Below are positions 22,846 to 33,705 of a stretch of DNA of 35,661 nucleotides, in pieces. How positions within the stretch are numbered: the first letter of the stretch is position 1; the number at the start of each line of letters is the position of its first letter. Below the pieces are notes generated by a model that saw only the letters and a program-made list of their open reading frames with translations, ran no database searches and had not been told where the DNA came from. The stretch covers positions 1 to 35,661 of the forward strand of contig ADNK01001720.1 of assembly GCA_000320545.1 (NCBI GenBank). Reading direction: 5' to 3'. This DNA comes from Bigelowiella natans CCMP2755 (lineage: Eukaryota; Protista; Cercozoa). The position numbers and the translations under genes are program-made.

Positions 22846-25211
22846 ATGGCGACCGCCCCGAACGCAAAAGGCCCACACCAGCAGCCCGCTCCTCAAAATG
22901 GGAGCCTGGGCGCTGGGCAACCACAGCAAGATGTGAAACTGCACTCTAAATTCACGCTGTGGTGCATGAGCAAGGATGGCGGGTACGGACATCGATAAGG
23001 AAATAAATCGCAATCGTTGAATGACGTAGCGCAGGGACACACTGCAACGATACATAGTGTTGTCTCTCCTCCTCACTTTCTTGGCGTTTTCTACGCTAAT
23101 TCAAGGTTCAAAGCAAATTCTTTCGTGGATTGCATTAAGAAAATTGGCTCATTCGATTCGGTAATAGCTACTGGCCAGCTGCGTGGTATTCTGTGTGCCG
23201 TCCATTGTCCATTGTTGTTGTCGACCGACGAATGCCGGCGCAAGCGCCGTGTGTTGCACCCTAGCAAAAATGGCTACGTTTGTTTGTTTTATATTCAATG
23301 ATGTTGTAGATAAACGGATTCTGGTCGTACTACAAACACATCACACGGCCAAACGGTGAGGCAAGAAGCGCGAAGTGTAAAATGTCACGATGTAGTGGCA
23401 AGACTGCCGTTGAAGGAACATGAAATAGCTGTAGCTGCCCTTTCAATCACATCTATGTAATGCAATAGCGTAACTCATAGTCCTACGCTAGACCTGAAGC
23501 CCAAGCGGGGGATCGACTATCACTGTTTCCGTGATGGAATTCGGCCAATCTGGGAGGTAATTCTCTTGTTCGTGGAGGGAAGGGGAGGCGTGATTTCTAA
23601 TGCACCGTAAAATGCATCCAGGACCCTGCAAATAAAAATGGCGGCGAATGGGTGCTGAGGATGAAAAAAGGTCCTATGCCATGTTGCTGCGGCAAGTTTT
23701 TGTCAGTTTGTATGCCTTCGTCGCCATAAGAATAAATCTGGTAATTTCTCTTCGTTATTCTCCGCACAATAGCTGTAGTTGGTATGATCAACTCCGCCAT
23801 CACCCTTGACTTACATAAAAAAAACTATATCTAACGCTTTCAGGCGTAGCCAGCCGTGTTTGGGAGAACATGGTACAGAAGAACCCACCCACTCATTAGA
23901 GGGGGGGGGAAGGGGGGGATGGGTGGTTACTAATTTTAGATCTAATTCGAAAATAGCAAGATTTTAAATATTAAAAACAGATTTTAACGGCAAATATACC
24001 GCCCCTCCTCGTAGGTTTTGGCGCTATTGGGGGGCGAATTCGGAACGGACGATGAGATATGCGGGATTGTGATGAGCGTGAAGCCTCTTGAGGATAAGCT
24101 CATTGTTTGGAATAAAAATGGCACGAACAAGGTGGGTGCAGAACGGTTGGCAGCCCACCGCATTATGATGGTGGCGGCGACTGAAATTGCTTTCTCCGTC
24201 TGATTTCGCGCAATGAGGCACATGTTCGGTTTGGGGCATTGTGGTTGAGACATCTGACTTCATAGCATTTGTGCATAGAAATCTTCTTATGCTACTCTCA
24301 CCCCCCCACACCCCCCCCCTCCCTTCGCCCTCGCCCCTATTCTTTGGTGAACATAGGAAGTAGTCGGTGGCATCCGTGCTACAATAATTAGCTTGCTGAA
24401 CGTAATGAGATCATTACGATACTGAGACGACGATTAGAAGATGAGAGAAGAATGTGGTGGTAGGTAGTGATGTTGGTAATGATTCTTCGTTAGCTCTTTC
24501 CTCTAGCGCCTCTCTTTTCTCTCTGCACCTTTACTCGTTCCGATACGGAGTGATAAGTTAGAGTAGCCACTCTCAGCTCGGCCAACGCCGTAGCTACTCA
24601 TTGGTGTGTGCTCGCAGAGAGGGTAAGGCTCGTCATCTTTTCTCTTGACTAATATACATTGCAGATCAATCCTGCCACGAACGTGATGATGGATTATGTG
24701 GGGCACTCAGTTAAAATTAGGCAGCTTCAAATGGCCTCATCCTCGGTCGGCCAGCACTGCATTACAACACTAGTAACGGGGGGTGCGAGAGGAGGATTCC
24801 TATTATATGCATATATTATGCATATGTATGGAATATAATAATATGTGTGTGTGTGTGTGTGTGTGTGTGTATGCGTGTGTGTGTGTGTGTATTTGTGTGT
24901 GAAAAACATATAAATCTTTATTTTGCTCAATTGTTGGCCTGACGTCGTTCAATTGTTGATCTGATGGGATCGTTCGTGCTTGCACAGAATCAGCAGGGTC
25001 ATCATCATCACCAAGGCGGCCAGAAATCAGGTGGAATTACATTACTCTCGTCGTGTAGCCATTGTAGATGTAACAACTGACCGTACCTCCGCCTTGGGAC
25101 AGCACAATGGCGACCATTGGCGTTGTCTCTACATCATCATCTTCGTCGTCGTCATCATCACTCTCGTGTCATTACAACCTTTGTCGCAGTCGATCAATCA
25201 ATCAATCATCC

Positions 25212-25245
<34 letters not shown>

Positions 25246-25671
25246 GTATCATCATTATCAGGCAGCAACCAGCAGCACTACCACCACCATCACCACCGAC
25301 AGAGAAAGGGCAGCACGGGCGGTGGGGGGCGATCGCAGCAGCAGCGGGGCAGCGGCAATAGCATTCACAATCACTCTCATCACCGTGGCCATAAATCCGC
25401 CTCTCCGAAGACGCAAGCCCCTGGTTCATATGAACAGAGAGGGGGGGGCAATGCTGCCAAAAAGGGGGGGCCTGCTGCTATAAGCACTACTGTTTTATCT
25501 GGCTCTATTAACGCAAGCAGATACTCTAATGCACTAGTTGGTAGAAGTAGTGATGGTGATGGAGTTGCTGCTACTGCTGCTACTGCTACTACTACCACTA
25601 CAAGTGGCAGCAATAAGGGAGACACAAGTGTCTGGAGGAATCTGCGAAATCGGAACAGCATGTCATCATAG
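22846..25671 (+). CDS. eIF4E: eIF4E-family cap-binding protein, class II (4EHP/nCBP)-like, ~11 exons
   Basis: Spliced: KLHSKFTLW...NSFVDCIKKIGSFDSINGFWSYYKHITRP...DYHCFRDGIRPIWEDPANKNGGEWVLRMKKGVASRVWENMVLALLGGEF...DEICGIVMSVK...VWNK...MMDYVGH; then low-complexity tail exons (~24988-25030, 25262-25671; less certain). Confidence 0.93.
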
Positions 25672-26449
25672 CTGGCTATCAATGCGAGTTATTCTATTAC
25701 ACATCCCGTGTTAGCGTGTGAGTCCTTTAACTAGTAAAGCCGCAACCGATGAGACAATGATTTATCAGTGCCAACATGAAAAGCTTATTCTGCGTTAGAT
25801 GCTTACTGCTAGACTGCTTTGAGTCATTTGATGATATCCGTGTAGCACTAGAGCACCATATATCGCAGTCGCTAGCAGTGTAGATGTCTAGATGTGATCG
25901 GCTACGTGTAATAACGTACACACGACGCAGTACTATGCGTGCCCATGTAGAGCTATCTAGCTATATGTACGTGCTGCTATTTGTCGTTGTATAGGACAAG
26001 CCAACTACCAGCCTGCTAACAACTCAACAACAGCACGGTACGGCGGCGCTTGCTGCGCTACTATACGCTATAGTAATATGTTGTGCGCCAGCCCACACTA
26101 TGATAGCAGTTGCTCTAGCTGCGCCACGGTGTGCACTGCATGCTGTTATGCGTGAAGCGCAACGATGAGGTTTTGCCAGGTTATTTGTACAAAATAAACA
26201 AATAATTGCGGAAATACAAATATTTATAAAAGAGGTCTAGCTATGAAACACATATATGCTATGCAACCACGGCACGGTGGCTGGCATATAGCTACACACG
26301 TAGAGGTAGTTGCATAAATTTGAGCCAGATTCGGCTCCTAGTTGGCCTCATCACCTTGTTAACTTGCATCATTCAATTTTGTTGCTATAACCTAGGATGA
26401 TAGCCCGTGCACGCCCATCGCGATATTAGGCCGCAAACAAGACAGCTCG

Positions 26450-26494
<45 letters not shown>

Positions 26495-28003
26495 CTAGAC
26501 CCTGTCTCCCAACGGCCGGTTGGTAAAATCCCTATTACCAGTCGCGTAAGGGCCCAACAGCCCGAACGACAACATTGACATCGTGACGAGGAGCAGCATC
26601 ACGGGGGATTTTAGCAGAGCGGAGTTGACAAACTGCGCTACCATCGCCCCGACCCGACCGCAGGCTGCTAGAAGCCCAGTACCCGTGGACCTTAATTCCG
26701 TTGGATATACCTCCGATGAGAGACACCCGAGCACCGCCCACGACGTCGTCGAGCAAGCTTGGAAAATCGAGGCAGCCGTGACGACGTACGCTGCCGACCC
26801 GCCCTTGAGCGTGAAGGCAAATAGGCCGAGCGAGGCTATCGAGAGCAGCACTCCCCCGGTAAGAATGCTTCGTCTACCGAGACTATCGACCATGAAGGTT
26901 GCGAAGAGGTTCCCGGGAATCTGGGAGGCGTTGAATATGAGGGCGCACAGGTAGGGGTCGTGCAGCCCCACCTCCTTGAAGAGGGTCGTTATCCAGGTGA
27001 TCAGTCCGTACGTCCCAAAGCTCATTCCAAACCAGGTCAGTTGCAGCCCTACGGTGGTCCCGTAAAAGTTCGGGGAGTAAAGCAAGCCTATTGCTTTGCG
27101 AACGACTGCGAAGGTCGATCCTCCTGACCGCGCCACATCCCGTGCGAATTGGCCCCGGATTTCAGCTACTTCCATCGGCTCGCCTTGGTATCCAGTTTTG
27201 CGCGCCATGCGATTCACGATTCTAGCGGCTTCATCGTAGTTGTTCCTCATGCCGAGAAACCGGGGGGACTTTGGAATAAGAGTGACGAGGAAGAACCCAA
27301 AGGCGGCAGGGAAGGCGCTCACGAGGGCATATATTCGCCACGATAGACGTAGGTAGGAGAACAGGACGATGGCCGTGACTGCAGAATAAAGAGCCCCCAC
27401 GACCCAAAAAAATGCAATTACGGTTATGAAGTACCCTCGGCGCTTTTGCGGCATCAATTCGACTCCTAGCGTGAATATGGAAGGAACGGTACCCCCCACC
27501 CCCACACCACAGAGACACCGCATTAGCGTGAGCAGTGCTATGGACGGCATGAACGAGGAAAATACCCCTGCGATTGTGACGCAGGCTAAACATAGAAGCA
27601 AAGTGTACTTTCGACCGAGCTTGTCACCGGAAAAGCCGACCAAGAGCCCACCCACTAACATGCCGAAGTAAACCGCAGCAGTCAGGAAGCCAGCCTGCGC
27701 CTCCCTCCCACTGTCGTCCCCAGGGAGCATAGATTCGAATGAATCATCTGCGATTATGTAGCTCATTGAAATTATCTCCACCGCGTCCGAGGAATTGGCA
27801 ATGCCTAAAGTGAGGACGATACTCCATTGGTGCCATGTGAGGGGTAGGTCGTCCAGGAAGCTGTCGATCGTTCTGTTGCTCCGGCCCTCCGCAAAATGGA
27901 TCAACTCTTTACTTTCTCCGTCGCTACTGCCTCGTTGCATCGCAGTTTGGATGGACGATTGGGATTCGTCGACAACCCCCACCTCGCTTGCAGCAGAACT
28001 CAT
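26495..28003 (-). CDS. MFS transporter, SV2/SVOP-like sugar-porter superfamily, single exon, 502 aa
   Basis: About 12 hydrophobic segments; MFS motif A GDKLGRK and DSLGRR; PKSPRFL; SEVYPTELRSTG; GIANSSDAVEI resembles SV2/SVOP TM1. Confidence 0.92.
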   Translation of the reverse strand: MSSAASEVGVVDESQSSIQTAMQRGSSDGESKELIHFAEGRSNRTIDSFLDDLPLTWHQWSIVLTLGIANSSDAVEIISMSYIIADDSFESMLPGDDSGREAQAGFLTAAVYFGMLVGGLLVGFSGDKLGRKYTLLLCLACVTIAGVFSSFMPSIALLTLMRCLCGVGVGGTVPSIFTLGVELMPQKRRGYFITVIAFFWVVGALYSAVTAIVLFSYLRLSWRIYALVSAFPAAFGFFLVTLIPKSPRFLGMRNNYDEAARIVNRMARKTGYQGEPMEVAEIRGQFARDVARSGGSTFAVVRKAIGLLYSPNFYGTTVGLQLTWFGMSFGTYGLITWITTLFKEVGLHDPYLCALIFNASQIPGNLFATFMVDSLGRRSILTGGVLLSIASLGLFAFTLKGGSAAYVVTAASIFQACSTTSWAVLGCLSSEVYPTELRSTGTGLLAACGRVGAMVAQFVNSALLKSPVMLLLVTMSMLSFGLLGPYATGNRDFTNRPLGDRV

Positions 28004-28695
28004 TCAAGGGGCAGCATCACCAAACTGCCCAAGGTATGGAAGGACATGAAGAAGGCGATCTCCACAAATCTCGAAATCTCCAGTGAAGATCGAGAAACAG
28101 GCAGCGCTGAAACCTCGCGGAAATTTCCAGTCGCGCGCAGTCGCAGTGCCTGAGCACGGGATTATGCGGGATGACCTTGGGCGAATTTTCCAGAGGAAAA
28201 ATAATGCAGCGGATTGGAGAGAAAGCCTTCGCTTACGCTGGAACCAAGCTACGACAATTGTTCGAGGTTTGACGCAGGGGTGGAAAAGAGGTCTTCTTGA
28301 CGGGATATGAGTACGAAGACGCGAAAACACAGGAAAACCCAGAAGCACGATAAAGGTCTCGGAACTTTCTTTTTCCCTCGGCCTGCTTCGCCGGGGGGTT
28401 TTGCTGGTTTACCGTTGGGATGTCGCGAACGTCCAGAAAATCCAGGGCGTTTGCGAGTTGTGAGAGCATGGACCGGGTCGCGATCCCAGACTCTATGCGC
28501 GATATAAATCCATTTTATTTTCGTGAATCATTGGCCTTTAACCACACCGACATCAAATATTTATCTTAGGACTTTAAATTTGGGGTGCTTCTTCGCCGCT
28601 ATGGTGTAATTCTTGCATCTGATTATCCAAACCCTTTCTCTCGCAAAACCCAGCTGTTGAAATCGTAGCCTCCCCCGTCTGCAATCCGACCTGAG
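28004..28695. promoter_or_regulatory. Putative bidirectional promoter, MFS / kinase
   Basis: 692 bp between divergent ATGs. Positional inference. Confidence 0.55.
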
Positions 28696-29133
28696 ATGGA
28701 GTACTTGCATCATTTGGGGAAATATGAGCTTGGAAAAGAATTGGGAGAAGGTCGTCTACGATGTGCCAATTTTTTTAAAAATCCAAGAAGTAAAAATGTT
28801 AAAATTTCACGCTAAAAGAGAAGCTTGAAGAATCCCGGACATGTGACTCGTACTTGAGCATATCTGACACTTTGGGATTATATGCAGGAGCCACCAGTGT
28901 CGTTCGAGAGGCTGTTCATACCGAAAGTGGAAAGAAGTATGCGATGAAAATTTTCAAAGCGCTTTCGAAGAAGGTCCAGCTCCAGTCCACTTTCAACAGT
29001 CTTCGATGTAACTAATTCGTTTCCAATTATTCCAGAGTTGCTTCGATAATGAAGTTGAGGCTCTCTTAGCAGGTATGTAATCTTAAGATCATAATAAGTA
29101 TGTATATGATGTGCACAAAATAGCATCTACTAA

Positions 29134-29175
<42 letters not shown>

Positions 29176-30511
29176 AAACCTTCGGCTTCGCTCACAATAT
29201 CTATCGATTCTATTCAGTCGACCACCCCAATGTTGTGAGAGTGCACGAAGTTTTCGAAGATGCTGAAAGAGGGCGCCTAGAAGATCGTGTGGATCCATGT
29301 CCACCTTCTCATCGACAAGGGCGGCGATTCAGTAGAGAAATGTCTACCCCGTCGCGTAGCAGCGAAAAAGTGGGAAAATCTCGACGAAAAAGTTCCTTCG
29401 ATGACGACAAGGACGATCCCCCAACTCTCTCTGAGACAGCATCCACAGAGAATGAGAGCGAATTCTCTGGCGATTCTGTGCCATCTCTGCTGTCCTGTCA
29501 AGAAGGCGAATTTCAAGCCAATTCGACAACCTCGGTCGAGGCGAAGGAGGAACTCTTTGCGGTGCCGCCCCGGACGCCTCCGCAGCCAAAGCGAACGTAT
29601 ACAACTTGCGGGACCAGGGCAATAGTCCTTCCACTCTCATCCAACGGAGACGTCCTATCCTACCTCCTTGATGGCGGGGCATTCGAGGAAAGGGTGGCTC
29701 GTACCCTGTTCAAGAGGTGCCTAGAAGCCGTGCAGGTAGACAGCGTCGCCCATCGTATTATTTGCCCACAACCCATATTAACCACCCCCACTTTGCTAAC
29801 CCCACTTTACTTATTCTGCCCGATGCTGCAGGCCTGCCACAATGCCGGGATCTTGCACCGCGACGTGAAGCCAGACAATCTCCTATTCACGGAGAACTTC
29901 GATGTGCTGCTTAGCGACTTCGGGTTCTCGCGGCGTCGGCCCGACGAGGAGAATGTGAAGTTGTACGGCGATCTGGGAAGCCGTGGGTACATTGCCCCTG
30001 AAGTTGGAGATGGAAAGGTTGGTTGCTACTGCATCTACCGTTTTCTTCATCGGACAGTAAGATTGATGATGGTGATTCTCTTTCGCTTCTCAGGGATACG
30101 ATCATCGATGCGATTTATGGTCTCTCGGAGTCACCCTGTTTGTGATGATGACCGGCCGGCCGCCATATGCCTCTGAATCGCCAAGGGATTACTGGTTCAA
30201 TCTTTTGCTCAATAGAAGGTAATACATGTCAGATACGATGGATGGAGGGCGGTCACGCATAGCCTCGAGGGCGTGATAATAATTATAATTAATAATTACT
30301 GTACAGGTATTCCCGGTTTTGGAGGGTTGTCGAGTTGCTCCATAAGCACTCCTTTCCGGATATGTTCAAAGACCTCATAAATAAGATGCTCTGCCCCGAG
30401 CCAGCAGAGAGGATTACTATCGAGAAGGCCTTGGAACATCCGTGGATGCGTGAGCAGCTCCTCTCGCAAAATGATCTTGCAAGCATCATGAGAAATCATA
30501 GCAATAACTAA
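28696..30511 (+). CDS. Ser/Thr protein kinase, CAMK-like, 7 exons
   Basis: Spliced: [83 protein letters not shown]...[12 protein letters not shown]; TAA 30509-30511. Confidence 0.93.
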
Positions 30512-30856
30512 ATAACAAAAAATAAATTCAATGACTGCGACCAAATATTATCTAGATCTCGCAGGTAGGTGTACAGAGGCACCCGCGCTAATCGAATTTG
30601 CTGGCCTGCTGCCCGTGATGTAATATCTTCATTCAGTCTTAGAAACCCAAATGAGTTTGGTACTACGATGAGTCAAAGGGACAAAGAAGTTATTGAGAAG
30701 ATGACAAAAACATTGGTAAAGAGATAAAAAAATAAAAGAAACAATGTTCATCTTGAATGAGGGTCACAATTTGTTAAAGATTAATAAAACAAAATGATTA
30801 TGAGTCCGATACGTATCGGATCCGCATATGCGATCTGGGATCGCTCATATGTCTTG

Positions 30857-30895
<39 letters not shown>

Positions 30896-31876
30896 TGTAA
30901 GGCGATGCATAAATGTGTGTATTGTCAATTTGAATCAACCACTGCTGCTCGTTTTAAAATAAAATGCAAATGCTGCATGCCCATACTAGCTAGTATAGCT
31001 AGTAGATCTAGAGATTTCACAGGTCGATGTGATATTAGACGCACTACTGGGATAGTCATTAGCCAGCGTGCAGTAATTCTATCTAGATAGATTAGAGTTG
31101 CGCCCTCGCATCATGTGTTCGTAGCGCATCTTGTAGCTCGCAATTTAGCATCATGTATGTATGTGTACATGTCTAGCTGTGTACATGAGACGGATGTAAT
31201 GAAATGTTTAAATTTTTTCAATGGTCATCCTAATGTAGCTGTGCAATGCAGCGGCTACAGCGCTTAAATTGTGTCTGTTTGTTTCCTTGGTCACATGTTG
31301 CATGCATGAAAATGCATCATGCATGATTTGGTCTGCTAGCATGTCGTGCTTTGCGAGTTGTTTTTTCTGCGGTTGTGAGACGCGTAGTCTCATCGTTGCG
31401 ATCTATGATGGCCGTCAGTTGTTTGTTGATTCTGAGTCTCTGTGGTCCTTATTTTCTGCATTGAAAAATGTGGTCCATGTCTTGCAATGTGTTGCAGTAC
31501 ATGTATATATGTGTGTGTATATACATGTGTGTGTGTGTGTGTGTGTGACTGCGTGCGTGTCATGTAGCCACATGGCTACAGCTAGCCATTGCTAGATTGC
31601 AGCGCTCGAAGCAAGTCTAGCTAGCTGCCTAGATAGGTGACCGCCCCATCGCACACATCGTATCTACTCGTCTCTAGCAAACATATATGCATGCTAGCAT
31701 GTATGAATGTGCAGGTGTACGACATGGCTGTGGCTAGCTAGCTTTTGATCCTATACATGACAAATAAAGTTGTGCTGGATGGTGTACACATCAATCTTGA
31801 ATCTATCATATTCTTCTGCTGAGCGAGGCGTACGATACGTCGTCGCACAATGCTGCATTACTATTGAGACACAGTG

Positions 31877-31950
<74 letters not shown>

Positions 31951-32081
31951 TTTCGACTAGATTCAAGTAGCACAGCAGACGGCGATGTAGCGAGCAATAA
32001 TTGCACGATGCGAACAGAGTTATAGAGTCTTGCTTTTATTGGTTCATTTTTAAGGCTGTCCCTCATTTCATGTAGTCTTCT

Positions 32082-32678
32082 CTATTCCTTCTCTGCAGGG
32101 CCCATCACTTTTAGGAGGTCCTGCAGTGCTACACCTCCTTGGTTTTTAGTATCTACCTGCTCCATTTTGCGGAGAAATAGCATAAATTCAGGCCAGAATT
32201 TTTGGAAAAATCGCACGAGCAAAAACCTTAATAATTACCTCTCTTATCATTTCTTCTATGAACCGTGGATGAAATTGAAGCCCGCATTTCTTGAAACCGT
32301 TCTTGAAAATAGGGCGATACTCAGAGAGATACTTAGAGATAGAAATTAAAAAAAGGATAACTATTTATGGTTTAAAGACCGAACCAGTAAGTCCTCCTTT
32401 TCCAATAATTTTTTCCTGGGTTTCTTCAAGTCCTTGATAGAAACAAGTTTCAACCAATCACATCCAGTAAAGACAATATTCATGCAATACATCGAGCTTT
32501 ACTAGCTTGAGAGAACATGGCGGACTGCATCATCTGATATCTGGGTACCTCGAAGATCGATTTTAGTTCTTTATCTAACCCTTCCAGCTCATTTGCGTAA
32601 GGGCGTGTCATCAGCGATGTGAATTCCTAGGAACAATTTTGTACAATTATTGTGTAAGAAACATATATAATATTAAAA

Positions 32679-32743
<65 letters not shown>

Positions 32744-33406
32744 ACCCCCCCTCTCTCTCTGTTGTGTGTGTTTGTGGTTGTGTGCATGAAGGTGTATTTT
32801 CAAATAAATTTAGAATTGGGATCTCTCGATTAATTTTACCAGAAAATCTATGGTCCCTGTTCCACCGTCTTCACCTACATCTACATAGCGATTCGCAATA
32901 CCAAACGAGTTCAAAAATATTATTTATTCGTTGTTTACAAGGAAAAACAAAAGGGTTAGTGATGCAAATTATTGACGACCTATCTCAGCAATCATGTCCT
33001 ATTCAAAACAACCAATATCAGTGTTTCCGTCAATTGCAAAGAAACTGTTTGAATCACCTGTATTTCGTACTCCGTGACATTGATTCCAAATCTAGATAAA
33101 CACAGCCGACATAAGATCATCTATCTGCCCATGAAGATCATCACGAATTTGAAGTTCCATACCCTTGGAATATTGTACTTAGCGTCGATGCACTTAGTCG
33201 TCCCTAAATGGGATGGCGAACTCACAACGTACACCCACAGCAGGAAAAATGGACTAAAATGCAACTCACCTTCCCCTCGCTGTCATAGTAGTCAAAGATC
33301 TCTCGAAGATCCCCTACCTTCACAAGCAACAATTTAGTACGAGGTGGTGGTGTGGGGCTCTCATGTGTTCAACCGCAACCTGCGCTTTGGAAAGACGATC
33401 CGCCAT
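32082..33406 (-). CDS. Divergent calmodulin-like / myosin-light-chain-like EF-hand protein (~155 aa, 10 small exons)
   Basis: Manual splice: MADRLSKAQ|VGDLREIFDYYDSEGK|GRLSASTLSTIFQG|FGINVTEYEIQ|DMIAEIG|EDGGTGTIDFL|EFTSLMTRPYANELEGLDKELKSIFE|DLKKPRKKLLEKEDLL|NGFKKCGLQFHPRFIEEMIRE|VDTKNQGGVALQDLLKVMGPAEKE*; colinear with calmodulin (MADQLTEEQ, PTEAELQDMINEV, GTIDFPEF, EMIRE). All GT-AG. Confidence 0.9.
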
Positions 33407-33705
33407 GCTTTTGGTTTCCAGAGGTAGCTCGCGCTATACCGATTCGTCTCCTCGAGTTCCCACCCGCTGCGCCCGCTGCCACGGTTTCCCACAAAAACTT
33501 ACAAATGGGGCCAGGGGTAACGGCAAAGCGATGCTTGTCGTCGGTTTCGACGAATATAAGCGACGACATAGTTATCTGGTTGTCGTAGTTCGAAATTCCC
33601 TTAAACCTTCGACAAAAAGTCGACCAGAACAAAAATGTCATTGCGACATCTAAGTTTCATTGTCGCACCTCTATCTTTTCCTTTACATGCTTATTCATGG
33701 TAAAA
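33407..33705. promoter_or_regulatory. Putative bidirectional promoter, calmodulin-like / C5orf34-like
   Basis: 299 bp between divergent ATGs. Positional inference. Confidence 0.55.
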
